Below, in pieces: positions 1-11,300 of a stretch of DNA of 64,000 bases (within the stretch, counting starts at the first letter, position 1; each line of letters opens with the position of its first letter). The stretch lies in the NCBI GenBank assembly GCA_934101185.1, contig CAKOQD010000001.1, positions 25,681-89,680 of the forward strand. Direction: 5' to 3'. A program made the translations under genes and the position numbers. The notes under the pieces were generated by a model. The model did not search any database and was not told where the DNA came from. It saw only the letters and a program-made list of their open reading frames with translations. The stretch comes from an uncultured Bacilli bacterium (GTDB lineage Bacteria > Bacillota_I > Bacilli_A > RF39 > UBA660).

Positions 1-690
1 ACTTTCTTTACTTATATCAGCAACAATCTCATAATCCTCATTTGAAACCAAACTATTTTTTAACCTTAAAGCATCATCATAATTATCAAAACTATCTTTT
101 ATCTCATTAGAAATAATAACCTCATCCAAAGATTTATTCCTAACCTTAGTAATACCACCAGTAACTTCCACATACTTAGACTTAAAATCATTAACTATAT
201 CCTCTGCATCCTTTAAAGTCTTTTTAACTACATCAATACTCTTTAAACTATATTCATAATCATTAGATACTTCATACGAAAAATTATCAAACTCAGTATT
301 TAAAAAATTAATACGTTTATCTAAAAGATCCTTATCCTTAAACCTTTCACTAAGTTTAATAACAAAAAGTGCATTCTTATACTCTTTCTCATACAAAGGA
401 AGATTATTTTTATAATCATCAAAAGAATTAAAAACTTTAGTCACTTTATCATCACTTAAAACAGAATTAACCCTAATATCATAAGAATAAAAACCACCTG
501 TCTTTAAAACATTCTTTCTAATTTCCTCTAACTTTTTAATAACATTATCTTTCTTTTCATTAGCAAGTACCTCACTACTAAACACTTCATTAATACTATA
601 ATCATCAACATTTTTCTTATAATCAACTGCATAAGTTGTATTTAAAAATGCAAAAAATGAAATAAATCCAATAAGTAAAAACTTTTTCAT
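1..690 (-). CDS. secreted hypothetical protein, N-terminal 230 codons only (3' end beyond window edge)
   Basis: ATG at 688-690 with a GGAGAG RBS a few nt upstream. MKKFLLIGFISFFAFLNTTYA is a signal peptide. My hand translation stays open to base 1. It is absent from the ORF track because it runs off the edge. It lies directly downstream of the sortase B-like gene. Confidence 0.5.
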   Translation of the reverse strand, partial: MKKFLLIGFISFFAFLNTTYAVDYKKNVDDYSINEVFSSEVLANEKKDNVIKKLEEIRKNVLKTGGFYSYDIRVNSVLSDDKVTKVFNSFDDYKNNLPLYEKEYKNALFVIKLSERFKDKDLLDKRINFLNTEFDNFSYEVSNDYEYSLKSIDVVKKTLKDAEDIVNDFKSKYVEVTGGITKVRNKSLDEVIISNEIKDSFDNYDDALRLKNSLVSNEDYEIVADISKES

Positions 691-702
691 AAAATCACTC
701 TC

Positions 703-1392
703 CTAAAAATTAACTCTCTTTGCACTTATAACAAGAAGATCACCATCTCTATTATAAATACAAGTCTGTAATACTAATAAATAATCATCATAAGACACAT
801 CAACTCCTGTATCATATAAAGAATTATTCTTAAGATACTTAACCCTATCACTAAATGAAGAAGAAAAATCAAGATGATTCTCACTATTAGTAACATTAAT
901 AGAAAATATCTCATAAGTAAAAACACCATCTACACTAATTAAAGAAATATATCTATTATCTTTATAAAAATCTTTATCTAAATACTTTTCAAGTCTTTTA
1001 AATACTACGTCATAATACCTAGAATTATGACCATAAATATTAATCTGTTTACTAGAAAAATCATTCCGATAATCCATAAATAAAGAACCAAGAACACTAA
1101 CCCTTCCATCAACAAGATGATTTAAATAATAACTATTATCCACTCCCTTAACCACTAACTCATTAATATTCAAACCATCAATAACTAAAATACCAATAAT
1201 ATCATCATTATTATATTTATTCCTATAAGTTAAAATAACATCACTATTAGAAAAAGATTCACTAACACTATTAGTTTCTTTAAAACTAACCTCTATTTTT
1301 TTATTATCAATATAAAAAATAACACTCTTAAAAAAACAATAAAATATTAAAACAATCAATATAATAAAAATAATATAATATAATCTCTTCAT
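703..1392 (-). CDS. class B sortase-like transpeptidase
   Basis: N-terminal TM anchor, His motif NIYGHN, Cys motif LLVLQTC and a downstream Arg (SAKRV). The length and layout resemble SrtB. Confidence 0.7.
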   Translation of the reverse strand: MKRLYYIIFIILIVLIFYCFFKSVIFYIDNKKIEVSFKETNSVSESFSNSDVILTYRNKYNNDDIIGILVIDGLNINELVVKGVDNSYYLNHLVDGRVSVLGSLFMDYRNDFSSKQINIYGHNSRYYDVVFKRLEKYLDKDFYKDNRYISLISVDGVFTYEIFSINVTNSENHLDFSSSFSDRVKYLKNNSLYDTGVDVSYDDYLLVLQTCIYNRDGDLLVISAKRVNF

Positions 1393-1421
1393 AACATCAC
1401 CACAAATGTATATAATTAACT

Positions 1422-2222
1422 ATGAATAATTTTTTAAAAAGCATACTAGTAGGAATATTTAACATCTTACCTGGAGTAAGTGGTTCCTCATTCTTAATTG
1501 TTTTAGGACTATATGATAAATGCTTACTTGCAATAAGTAATATTTTTAAAAACCCTAAAAAAAGCATTACATTTCTATTACCAATAGCAACAGGAATAGC
1601 AATAGGTACATATCTATTTAGTAATGTAATATTCTACTTTCTAAATAGATACCCAACCATAACATCACTAGTATTCGTAGGACTAATCTTTGGAACAATT
1701 CCCTCATTAATACAAGAATCAACTAAAAAAGGATTCAAAGATAAATATCTAATACTATTTTTTATCACCTTCTCTATAGGAATAATGTTACTATTCTATA
1801 AAAGTAATACCACTATCTACAACATAGATATAAATATCAAAAACTATATCCTTCTATTTGCAACAGGTATCTTAATAGCAAGCTCTACCATCATTCCTGG
1901 TATTTCATCTACTGTACTACTATCAATGATTGGCATGTATGGCGTCTACATAAATGCCATCAACACTATAAATATTACAATACTATTTCCAATAATTATG
2001 GGGTTTCTTGTCGGAGGATTCATTTTATCTAAAATAATTACTAAACTATTAAACAAATACTACGGATACACATACTTTGCTATACTAGGATTCACCATAT
2101 CAACAATACCAGCCTTAATAAAAACAAAACTAGTATTAGACCAAAACCTCCTAATTGGACTAATACTAGCTATAATTGCATTCTATATAACAAAAATAAG
2201 CTTAAACATAAAAAAAGAGTAA
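1422..2222 (+). CDS. DUF368 family polytopic membrane protein (PopT-type, linked to undecaprenyl-phosphate recycling)
   Basis: PGVSGSS motif near the N-terminus and a second IIPGISST half-repeat; about 8 hydrophobic helices. Confidence 0.6.
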   Translation: MNNFLKSILVGIFNILPGVSGSSFLIVLGLYDKCLLAISNIFKNPKKSITFLLPIATGIAIGTYLFSNVIFYFLNRYPTITSLVFVGLIFGTIPSLIQESTKKGFKDKYLILFFITFSIGIMLLFYKSNTTIYNIDINIKNYILLFATGILIASSTIIPGISSTVLLSMIGMYGVYINAINTINITILFPIIMGFLVGGFILSKIITKLLNKYYGYTYFAILGFTISTIPALIKTKLVLDQNLLIGLILAIIAFYITKISLNIKKE

Positions 2223-2349
2223 AACTTACTCATTATACCCTATCAATTTTAAAAAACCTACTAAAAAAACTCCATTATTAATAGAGTTTTCCAACATTTT
2301 CGAACAAGACTACTTATAACTCGTACCACTAAGAAGCAATAATTCCATT

Positions 2350-2769
2350 TTATATGCTTTTTAATTTCTCATAGATATACTCATTTTCTTTTATATAACG
2401 ATAAAACTGTGGCACTACAAAGTTTTTTTCTTTCTTTTTTATTTCACTTAAATAAATTGGTGTTTTAAATTTAACTGCTTTAGCTATTTTAAGAGCATAA
2501 CATTTATCACAGCCATTAAAATAATCTATTATATCACTATTATTTTTATTATTAGTCGCTTCTAATATATAATTAATATTTCCTTCAAGGATTTTATCTA
2601 CAACTATATATCCTACTATTGCTTTTTCCTCTTCGGAAGAATAAACAAATATTTTTTTATTACAATTTTTTTCTCCAATACTTTTTCTTCTGTACTCATA
2701 TAACTTTGTTCCATTAAAAATCTGATTTGCATATTTTGTTTTTATTGAAATTAGCATAATTTGTTTCAT
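2350..2769 (-). CDS. ASCH (PUA-like) domain protein
   Basis: 139 aa. The N-terminus 'LISIKTKYANQIFNGTKLYEYRRK' and the C-terminal 'PQFYRYI' are typical of small ASCH-domain proteins. Confidence 0.5.
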   Translation of the reverse strand: MKQIMLISIKTKYANQIFNGTKLYEYRRKSIGEKNCNKKIFVYSSEEEKAIVGYIVVDKILEGNINYILEATNNKNNSDIIDYFNGCDKCYALKIAKAVKFKTPIYLSEIKKKEKNFVVPQFYRYIKENEYIYEKLKSI

Positions 2770-2933
2770 TACAACACCTCATAAATATTATACCATTAAA
2801 ACAATATTTTTTTGTTGATTTTTAATAATAACTTTTCATATTATAGTATAAAAAATTAAACATTATAAAACAAGAAACAATACTAAACATATACATATTA
2901 TTAAATATAACTATTTTGAAGGGAGAAAATATA

Positions 2934-3677
2934 ATGAACAATACAATAGTAGCCTTTATAATATCATCAATCGCTGGACTATCCACATTAATCGGAGCAA
3001 CACTAATACTAATTAAAAAGAAAAATATAAACAACTTTATCCTAAAAACAATGGCATTCTCTGCAGGAGTCATGTTTTCTCTATCAGTATTAGATTTATT
3101 ACCAGAATCAATAAAATTCCTAAGTACCAATTTTTATAAATTTCCCTCTATTATAATATCATTAATATTTGTATCAATCGGTGTATTAATATCAATATTT
3201 ATAGACAAAAAAGTACCAACAGACAACAATAATAATCTATATAAAGTAGGCTTTGTATCAATGATAGCAATAATTATTCACAATATCCCCGAAGGAATAG
3301 CAACATTCATAACAACAAAAAGCGATATAACACTAGGAATATCCTTAGCAATTGCAATAGCACTACATAACATCCCCGAAGGAATAAGTATTGCCCTTCC
3401 AATCTATTACGGAACAAACAAAAAGAAAAAAGCATTCTTCTACACATTCATATCAGGAATAAGTGAACCATTCGGTGCATTACTGGCATTATTATTTTTA
3501 AAACCATCAAACATAGTACTAGGAATAATATTTGGTCTAATCGCCGGAATAATGACTCATATATCCTGTTATGAATTAATGCCTTCATCACTAAAATATA
3601 AAAACTACCAATCATCAATACTATATTTCATAATTGGTAGCATATTTGTAATAATAAATTTAATTTTATTTAATTAG
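2934..3677 (+). CDS. zupT: ZIP family zinc transporter ZupT
   Basis: Duplicated HNIPEGIA / HNIPEGISIALP motifs and 8 TM helices. The ATG at 2934 sits 8 nt after GGGAG; the track start at 2916 is a TTG. Confidence 0.8.
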   Translation: MNNTIVAFIISSIAGLSTLIGATLILIKKKNINNFILKTMAFSAGVMFSLSVLDLLPESIKFLSTNFYKFPSIIISLIFVSIGVLISIFIDKKVPTDNNNNLYKVGFVSMIAIIIHNIPEGIATFITTKSDITLGISLAIAIALHNIPEGISIALPIYYGTNKKKKAFFYTFISGISEPFGALLALLFLKPSNIVLGIIFGLIAGIMTHISCYELMPSSLKYKNYQSSILYFIIGSIFVIINLILFN

Positions 3678-5502
3678 AACCCTCTTCTTGAGAAGGAACA
3701 TTAGAACCATCTTCACTTCCAGTATCAACAGAAGACTCATCCTTACCTTCATCTTTGTTATCTGAAGATGTATCATCTTTATTACCAGATTCATCAGTAT
3801 TATTTCCATCATCAGGTACACTATGAACAACATCATCTTTTTTATCAGCAGAAGTATTATCACTATTATCTACAGGCTCTTTAACCTCTTCTTTTTTTAC
3901 TTCCTCTTTCTTTACTGTAGTCTTACTACTAGTACTACTCTTCTTAGAAACATTAGACTTAGTAACACTATGAACAGTACCATCACTATCAGTATAAGAA
4001 GACTCTAAAACTTCTCCATTAAGTACTTTATTAATCAATTCTTTACCCTTTTCTACACTCTCTTCCTTAGGTTCCATAACATATAATTGTTGATAACTAT
4101 AAGAATACGTATATTTAGAAGCATTATAACCATCTAAACTATTCGTACTAATAGTCCAACTAGTATTATTCTTAAGTTGCATCTTAACCAAAGACAACAT
4201 TGTTTTCGTAGGCATATTAGTAATAATACTACCCTTTACAGAATTAAGTAAACTAGTATACTTAGTAAGTATTTCTTTACTAACACACTTATTTATCATT
4301 GCACTAATAAGAGCCTGTTGATTAATACCCCGTTGCCTATCCCCATTAGCAAAAGTCTTTCTTTCTCTTACAAAAGCAAGCGCAGCATTACCATCTACTT
4401 TATTATAACCCTTAGTAAAATGATATCCATTCCATGTACTAAAAGATTGATCAGCATAAACATTAACTCCACCAAGAGCATCAACTATATCAATTAAACT
4501 AGTAAAATTAACCTTAAAATAATAATTAATATCTATACCAAGTAAATCCTCAATAGTCTTAATAGAACAATCAGTACCATATATACCAGCATGAGTAAGT
4601 TTATCTTTATAACCAGTAGTATCATGAAGCTGTACATAATAATCTCTAGGAATTGAAGTAAGTAAAACTTGTCTAGTATTAGGATTCACTGTAACTACTA
4701 TATTAACATCACTACGTGAAACAGAAGAAACAGTTCCATATGTATCAATACCACTTATATAAATATTAAACACTTCAGAAACAACATTTACATCCTTACT
4801 AGTATTATCTTTCTTTACTTTAAATGAAAATGTATAAATAGTCTTAGTCTTATCTTTAAAATCTTTTACTTCATTATATTCATTATCATCTTGATCATCA
4901 ATAAGAGTCTTTTTATAATTATCCTCTAAAACAATAACATTAGTCTCTTTATTTAATAAATCAGTAGCAAGAGTATTTAAATTAATATAACTCTTAGACT
5001 CTTTACCAAGCTTATTAACCTTTTCAACCAATAACTTATTTTCATTAGTCTTAGTCTCATAATAACTAATAACCTCATTCTTAATATCAGAAACACTATT
5101 ATAATCACTATCTTTTAATACCATAACAGAATAATTATAAGTTTCATAATCAGTATCAATCATTCCAGATATTACACCATAAGTTTTATATAAATAAAAT
5201 GATCCCACTACAAAGACAATTGATAAAAGAACTGATATAACAGAAAAGAACTTCTTTATACCTTTCTTTAATCTACTCTTAAAAAGTATAAGAAAGAAAA
5301 TAACATCTAATATAGCAAGTGCTAATAAAAGAAGAAGTAAATACTTCATAGGAAGAACATCTATTATAAACACAAAACCAAATAATACTACAGAACACAC
5401 TATCTGTAAAATAGATATTATCTTAAAAACTATACCTTTCTTTTTATTTTTAACTTTATCTTTTTTATCTATACTATCTTTATTTTTATTTCTTTTTCTC
5501 AT
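3670..5502 (-). CDS. LytR-CpsA-Psr (LCP) family cell-wall polymer ligase with long acidic Ser/Asp/Glu-rich C-terminal tail
   Basis: 'LLTSIPRDYYVQL', 'DKLTHAGIYG' and 'NYYFKVNFTSLIDIVDALGGVNV' form the LCP core. There is an N-terminal TM region. The likely start is MRKRNKNK at 5502, preceded by GAGGTG. Confidence 0.8.
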   Translation of the reverse strand: MRKRNKNKDSIDKKDKVKNKKKGIVFKIISILQIVCSVVLFGFVFIIDVLPMKYLLLLLLALAILDVIFFLILFKSRLKKGIKKFFSVISVLLSIVFVVGSFYLYKTYGVISGMIDTDYETYNYSVMVLKDSDYNSVSDIKNEVISYYETKTNENKLLVEKVNKLGKESKSYINLNTLATDLLNKETNVIVLEDNYKKTLIDDQDDNEYNEVKDFKDKTKTIYTFSFKVKKDNTSKDVNVVSEVFNIYISGIDTYGTVSSVSRSDVNIVVTVNPNTRQVLLTSIPRDYYVQLHDTTGYKDKLTHAGIYGTDCSIKTIEDLLGIDINYYFKVNFTSLIDIVDALGGVNVYADQSFSTWNGYHFTKGYNKVDGNAALAFVRERKTFANGDRQRGINQQALISAMINKCVSKEILTKYTSLLNSVKGSIITNMPTKTMLSLVKMQLKNNTSWTISTNSLDGYNASKYTYSYSYQQLYVMEPKEESVEKGKELINKVLNGEVLESSYTDSDGTVHSVTKSNVSKKSSTSSKTTVKKEEVKKEEVKEPVDNSDNTSADKKDDVVHSVPDDGNNTDESGNKDDTSSDNKDEGKDESSVDTGSEDGSNVPSQEEGSN

Positions 5503-5586
5503 AGAAACACCTCTCAAATAATTATAACACAAAACTATTATATAAAAAAATAAACAACATACAAAAAGCACATTGTTTACGTTAAA

Positions 5587-6303
5587 TCATTTTAATATTT
5601 CATTCAAATACTCTTGATACTTCTTTTTCTTAGTATAATTTATATAACCATCTATATATTCTTGTTCAGTATAAGGAACAACTTCAGTAACATCCACATC
5701 AACATAAGTATCCTCTTCCTTAACAACTCTACGAGTGATTAAATTAACTATGCCATTAACCATTAGTACCGATAACCAAATAGTAAACACACCCATACTA
5801 GATTGGATAAGAACCATTGTATTAGTACTAGAATAAATAGAAACTTTTTCATACACATCTATATCCGCTGTAACAATAGAATCAATAATAAGAATAGTAA
5901 GAAGTCCAATAATTAAACAAGAAAGCAAATTACAAAGTCTAAAAAATGAACTATATTTCTTATTAAAAATACTATATACCATTATCAACATAGAAATAAT
6001 AAGCATACACATATAAGATATAATATTAGGAAAATATATTGCAGTAAATAACTTTTCAATAAAAGCATCCCCAATTAAAACTATTCCACTACCATACTTA
6101 ATAAATACTAAAATAGTAACAACTACATAAACCAAACCTATACCAATATATAAAAATGGTCTTTTTTCTTTATCTATTTTATTACTTAATAAAAATGCAA
6201 TTACAGTAATAACTCCAATTATAAATAAAGCTATAAAAAATGAAGATGAGAAAAACATAGAAAGAACTCTAGTTATTCTTTCAAAAAATGTAAATTCTTC
6301 CAT
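5587..6303 (-). CDS. polytopic membrane protein, unknown function
   Basis: 238 aa with about 6 hydrophobic helices and no recognisable motif. It sits between the sortase and LCP genes and ends in TGA. Confidence 0.5.
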   Translation of the reverse strand: MEEFTFFERITRVLSMFFSSSFFIALFIIGVITVIAFLLSNKIDKEKRPFLYIGIGLVYVVVTILVFIKYGSGIVLIGDAFIEKLFTAIYFPNIISYMCMLIISMLIMVYSIFNKKYSSFFRLCNLLSCLIIGLLTILIIDSIVTADIDVYEKVSIYSSTNTMVLIQSSMGVFTIWLSVLMVNGIVNLITRRVVKEEDTYVDVDVTEVVPYTEQEYIDGYINYTKKKKYQEYLNEILK

Positions 6304-6323
6304 GTAATCATCTCCCTTTTATT

Positions 6324-7013
6324 CTATTCTACCGAAACTTGTTCTAAAATATAAACAGTTTGCAATGTTTTAGAATTTTTAGTACACGTAATAAGAGTCA
6401 TAGTACGTTTAGTTCTATCTCTTTTAACAGTAACCTTACCATTCTTTTTAACATTATATATATCTACAACTTTATATGTATATTTAGTATCATTATAATA
6501 TACATAAGCATTATTACCCTTCTTAAGCTTATATAAATTCTTAAAAAAACTAAACCAAACATTACCAGAATGTCCCGCTATTATAAGATTACCACCATCA
6601 ACATCAGGAAGTGATGAACCTTTCATAACTTGAATATTCTTATCAACATCATTATATACACTATCAATTTTATAAAAACTTCGGTTAAAATTAATCTTAG
6701 GAATCATAAGTCTACCAAGATAATCATCTTTACTCACAGAAGGTTTATTTGAATTACCCTTATTATCAGTACTAGTACCATTATTATCTTTTTTTTCATT
6801 ATTTTTAATATCTTTTATCTGTTCTTCTATTTTTTCCTTTTCATACTTTTCTTGATCTTCTATATAAGAAGGTAAACTAGCAATTTCATAATACATAGTA
6901 TCATAAACTTGATTTTTCTTCTCTAAAAGATAGTTCCAAGAAATAATAATTATACCAATAAAAACTAATAAAACACCAATAGTTATCTTGATTTTTAAAG
7001 ACTTATATTCCAT
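6324..7013 (-). CDS. sortase family protein (class A/D-like), no Arg after the TLITC motif
   Basis: TM anchor plus 'LIIAGHSG' and 'TMTLITC'. The C-terminal 19 aa (TKNSKTLQTVYILEQVSVE) contain no Arg. Confidence 0.65.
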   Translation of the reverse strand: MEYKSLKIKITIGVLLVFIGIIIISWNYLLEKKNQVYDTMYYEIASLPSYIEDQEKYEKEKIEEQIKDIKNNEKKDNNGTSTDNKGNSNKPSVSKDDYLGRLMIPKINFNRSFYKIDSVYNDVDKNIQVMKGSSLPDVDGGNLIIAGHSGNVWFSFFKNLYKLKKGNNAYVYYNDTKYTYKVVDIYNVKKNGKVTVKRDRTKRTMTLITCTKNSKTLQTVYILEQVSVE

Positions 7014-7104
7014 ATACTATTCCACCAATTATATTATAATGAAAAAAAAAACATTTTTCAATAGCTAATCTAAAAGTTGACATAACAAAACAAAAAGAAA
7101 TAGA

Positions 7105-8082
7105 TTACTCTATTCCTTCTTTGAGTACATTAAGCTCTTCAAATGAAAGTCCAGTACATTCTGTAATAAGATCAAATGATAAGTTATTTTGAATCATCTT
7201 AAGAGCAGTTTCTCTTGCTTTTTCTAAAGCACCTTCTTCTCGGCCTTCTTCTCGGCCTTCTTCTCGACCAGATTCAAGCCCTTCATTATATGCTTCTTCT
7301 CTATTTTCTCTTATCTCTGCTCTTTTTAACATTTCATCATTTAACTCTTTGTCATACATTCCAATCACTTCGTCTTGCTCACTTGCATTTTTAGAATCTT
7401 CAATGTATTCTTTCATGATATCATCACCCTCACTTAACATATCAAGGACTTCATCATCCTCTTCATTAAAGATTAATAACAACTTTTCATAATCTTCAAG
7501 ACTATTATAATCTTTTTTTCTTATGTTAGGCAAGTAAATATTGATAATATGTACTTTATTTGTATATATTTCATCGATATTACTAAGATTGACTATCATA
7601 TACTCATCCAATACTTCATCTTTTCCTTCAAATGCAAAATTATTTACGTTGATTTGCAGACAGCTTTCATAATTGTCTTCATCTCCAATCTTCATTCCTC
7701 CACCATGAAGTCTAAACATATAATCAAGATTTCTTTCTAGATTAGTTCTTGTCTTATTCTTATTCATTTCAACATTTACTAATACCCCATCTATTCTACA
7801 TAGATAATCAACTGTCTTTCTAGATTTATCTGCTTTTTCTTCATCTACTGTTGGTTTAATTAATGTAGTATTTTCAAATATTTCATTATAATCTTGATTA
7901 AGTAAAAGAGCGATTAGATAACATCCGTACTTTTTTCTACTCTCATTAAAAAACATAGTTCTAAACATTACATCTGATACAAGTGGTATCCTGTAACCTT
8001 TATGTCTTGTTTTAAGTTTATATGCCATATCATTAGATACAGACTTATCTAAAAGAGCTAATTTATTACCTGTTAAGTTCAT
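7105..8082 (-). CDS. Rpn/YhgA-like PD-(D/E)XK nuclease family 'transposase'
   Basis: 'DYLCRIDGVLVNVEMNKNK' is a nuclease-core-like block. The C-terminal 'GREEGREEGREEGALEKARETALKMI...TGLSFEEL' tail is typical of this family. ATG at 8082 follows GGGAGGTG. Confidence 0.6.
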   Translation of the reverse strand: MNLTGNKLALLDKSVSNDMAYKLKTRHKGYRIPLVSDVMFRTMFFNESRKKYGCYLIALLLNQDYNEIFENTTLIKPTVDEEKADKSRKTVDYLCRIDGVLVNVEMNKNKTRTNLERNLDYMFRLHGGGMKIGDEDNYESCLQINVNNFAFEGKDEVLDEYMIVNLSNIDEIYTNKVHIINIYLPNIRKKDYNSLEDYEKLLLIFNEEDDEVLDMLSEGDDIMKEYIEDSKNASEQDEVIGMYDKELNDEMLKRAEIRENREEAYNEGLESGREEGREEGREEGALEKARETALKMIQNNLSFDLITECTGLSFEELNVLKEGIE

Positions 8083-8322
8083 ACTTTTCACCTCCCTTCA
8101 CAAAGAATACTCCCTTGCTAAACCAATATAAAACATATAAAAAACCTTGTCAAACGACCAATTTTAAGATTTCATCATATGAAAAAGAACCAATTTTTAA
8201 AATTGATTCAATTATTTTAATTATAAGTATCAAAAATGTATTATGACTACACTTTTCTTAACGAATGTTTTTTGAAATGTCTGTTTTATATAGAATCGCA
8301 CTTTTTTTAAAAAATTACAAAA

Positions 8323-8344
8323 AAGACTCCAAAAATGAAGTCTT
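8323..8344 (-). terminator. putative intrinsic terminator after the 1238-aa adhesin gene
   Basis: AAGACT / AGTCTT stem followed by a T-rich tract on the minus strand. Confidence 0.35.
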
Positions 8345-8347
8345 ATA

Positions 8348-11300
8348 TTATTTATTCTTTCTTTTTATAATCAATATCGAAGAAACACCTCCGACAATAA
8401 GTAATGTCCCTATTACAATAACCATTTTATTATCAAAAACACCAGTCTTAGGAACATCAGGAACTATTTCCTCTTTATCATTAACTACATAAATACCACT
8501 ACCTTCATAAACAGAATAATGCCTATCTTCATTTGAAGTAATAGTAACAATACCACTCTCATCAACATTAAAGTTAAATGATAAATTAACATCAACATAA
8601 TTTTTAGGAGGTTCTACTTCAATGAACTTATAATTTCCTGATTTCATATTCAAAGTATAATATCCATCTTCCATAGCAAACTCAGCTACTTTATTACCTT
8701 CTTCATCTACTACTCTATACTTACCACCAGTAATACTTTCTTTACTAACACTATCTTGTTTTAAGAACAACACTGATCTTCTCAAATTTTCAACCTTTTT
8801 AGAAACACTTTCTTTATCCAAAGTAATCTCCACTAATTCATCATTTAATATATAAATATCTTCAGTTTCAAGTTCCTTTAAATAATACGTATCAAATAAT
8901 AAATTAGAAACCTCAGCTTTACCATTGTCATCAGTAGTAAGAACCACTATTTCATTACCATCCTTATCAGTAGCACGACTAACTTTATCAGATTTTAATA
9001 ACTCAAACTTAACACCCTTAATAGGTTTTTCATCACTAGCATCTATCTTTTTAACAATAATCTTACCAGTATCAGCAACAATCTTTTTATTTGAAACAAC
9101 AATAACATTAGTAGTATCCGCAAGTAAGCACTTATCATTTAACGTATACCCATCTGGTGCAGAGAGTTCTTTTATATAGTAGGTCTTTGAATCATCTACT
9201 ACAAATGATAAAGAACCATATCCATCAGTTTTACCCTTATTGTTACCAACAAAATCAGTAACACTAACACTACAACTATTATCACTATAAAGTCCAAATT
9301 CTACTCCAGGTAAAACAACACTATCATCATCACTATCTACTTTTAAAATATCAATAGTACCATAAGTAACTTCTTTTGTATCAGAAATAGTAATACTTCC
9401 TCCGACTGTTGCAGTATGGCAATCACTATCTTTAGTATATCCATCTGGTGCTGAAACTTCTTTTATATAATATGACTGTGAATCATCCACTTCAAATGAA
9501 GCAATACCATCACTCGAAGTAGTAACATTAGTTACACTATTCTTATCATAATAAGGAATTCTACATGATTTATCTAAGAATATTCCAAATGTTGCACCAC
9601 TAAGTGTTGCATTAGTAGCCTTATCTACTTTTTTTACATCTACTTTTTTGTAAGTTTTATTCTTTTCATTTTCCATTGTAATAGTAGCATCAGCCACTAA
9701 CTTCTTACATGAACTATCCATAGTATATCCAGAAGGAGCATTAAGTTCTTTAGTATAATATGTCTTTGACTTATCAACATTAAATGTTGCAATTCCAGAT
9801 GCATCAGTTATCTTCGTACTATTACCAAAAGCATCTTCGGTAGCATTACTACAACTACTATCTGAATATATACCAAACGCTGCACCACTAAGAACTTTAC
9901 TCTTATCATTTTTATCTACTTTCTTTATACTAACATCTGCATACTCAATTTCTTTTACATCATTTTCTACTGTAATAGTTCCACCAATAATACCTACTCT
10001 ACAAGTAGAATCAAGTTGATAAGTAGGTGGAGCTTCAATTTCTTTTACATAATATGTCTTTGACTTATCAACATCAAAGAATGATAAACCACTCTTACCT
10101 GATTTAGATTTATACTTACCAGTTCTATCAAAAGCTAAATTAGTACAATTACTATCTGAATATAAAGCAAATACTGCTCCCTCAACTGGTACAGAGTTAT
10201 CACTCTTATTAACCTTTTTAATATTTATATAATCATATTGAGGAAGTAACTCTTGTTCCTCATTTTCAAATGTAACAGAACCACCCGGAGCAATTTGTCT
10301 ACAAGAAACAATATCATTTTCATAACCTGATGGTGCCACTACTTCTTTTACAAAATATAATTTAGTAGATTCAAGTACAAATGTTAAAGTACCATCTACT
10401 CCTGTTTCTAACACATCTTTACCATTTACATCAGTAGTAATAGTCTTACAAGTAGAATCAGAGAACAATCCTATTTTAGCGCCACTAAGACCTTCCCTAG
10501 TAGTCTTATCAACTTTCTTAACAGTTGATTCTTTATAAGAATCATTTTCAATAACCATCTTAGTTCCAATAGAAGCCCTCATACATACTGAATTAAGTGA
10601 ATAACCACTCGGAGCACTTAACTCTTTTATATAATAACTTGAACCTCTTTCTACTCTAAATGAAATAACACCACTATCACCTGTTGTTTTTTTATTAATT
10701 CCATCAGCATCACTAACTAAATCATTACAATTACTATCACTATAAAGACCAAACTCTGCCCCTGCCAAAGTTTTACTACTATCAGTCTTATCAACTTTTT
10801 CTATATCAATAGTATCATATTCTGGTTCAACACCAATTTCTGTATTAGTAAATGTTTCATAAACATCATTTTCTTTTACATCAACTCTTCTACATTCATT
10901 AGATGATTGATATCCATCTGGTGCAGATGTTTCTTTTACATAATATGTTTTATTAGGTTCAACAACAAATGCTAAACTACCATCTTCACTAGTAGCACTA
11001 TCTATTCTAGTAGAACAACTACTATCACTATAAAGACCAAATCCTGCCCCACTTAAATACTTTCCATCATCACTCTTTTTAATAATTGCAAGCTCTACTT
11101 TACCAGCCTCCTTAGGTATTACTGTTATACTAGAACTAGCAGATTGACTAGCAGATTTTTCAACTGTTTTAGGAATAACATTTCTAAAACCAACACGTTG
11201 TAAATTAGTAATTCTAGTCTTATTACTTTCACTTTTAATTGGAACATAAGCAATAAGTTCATACTTTTTATAGGTACAACTATTAGTATATTGATTAGAT

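Noticed and set aside
2770-2933. A Zur box upstream of zupT.
   Set aside because: I found no convincing palindrome of the TAAATCGTAAT-N-ATTACGATTTA type by eye, only generic AT-rich sequence.
3666-4008. Small ORFs at 3666-3863 (-) and 3823-4008 (+) over the 3' end of the LCP gene.
   Set aside because: They overlap the LCP protein's acidic Ser/Asp-rich tail region. They are frame artefacts of repetitive low-complexity sequence.
8925-9179. Antisense or overlapping ORFs inside large genes: 8265-8492, 8925-9179, 14166-14411, 16256-16658, 19914-20757, 23159-23365, 25516-26061, 28213-28692, 32389-32607, 39163-39471, 43424-44692, 53705-54079 and 54962-55605.
   Set aside because: Each lies wholly within a longer, motif-supported gene on the opposite strand or in another frame. 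Their translations are low-complexity (Leu/Ile/Phe/Ser-rich) and no RBS is present.
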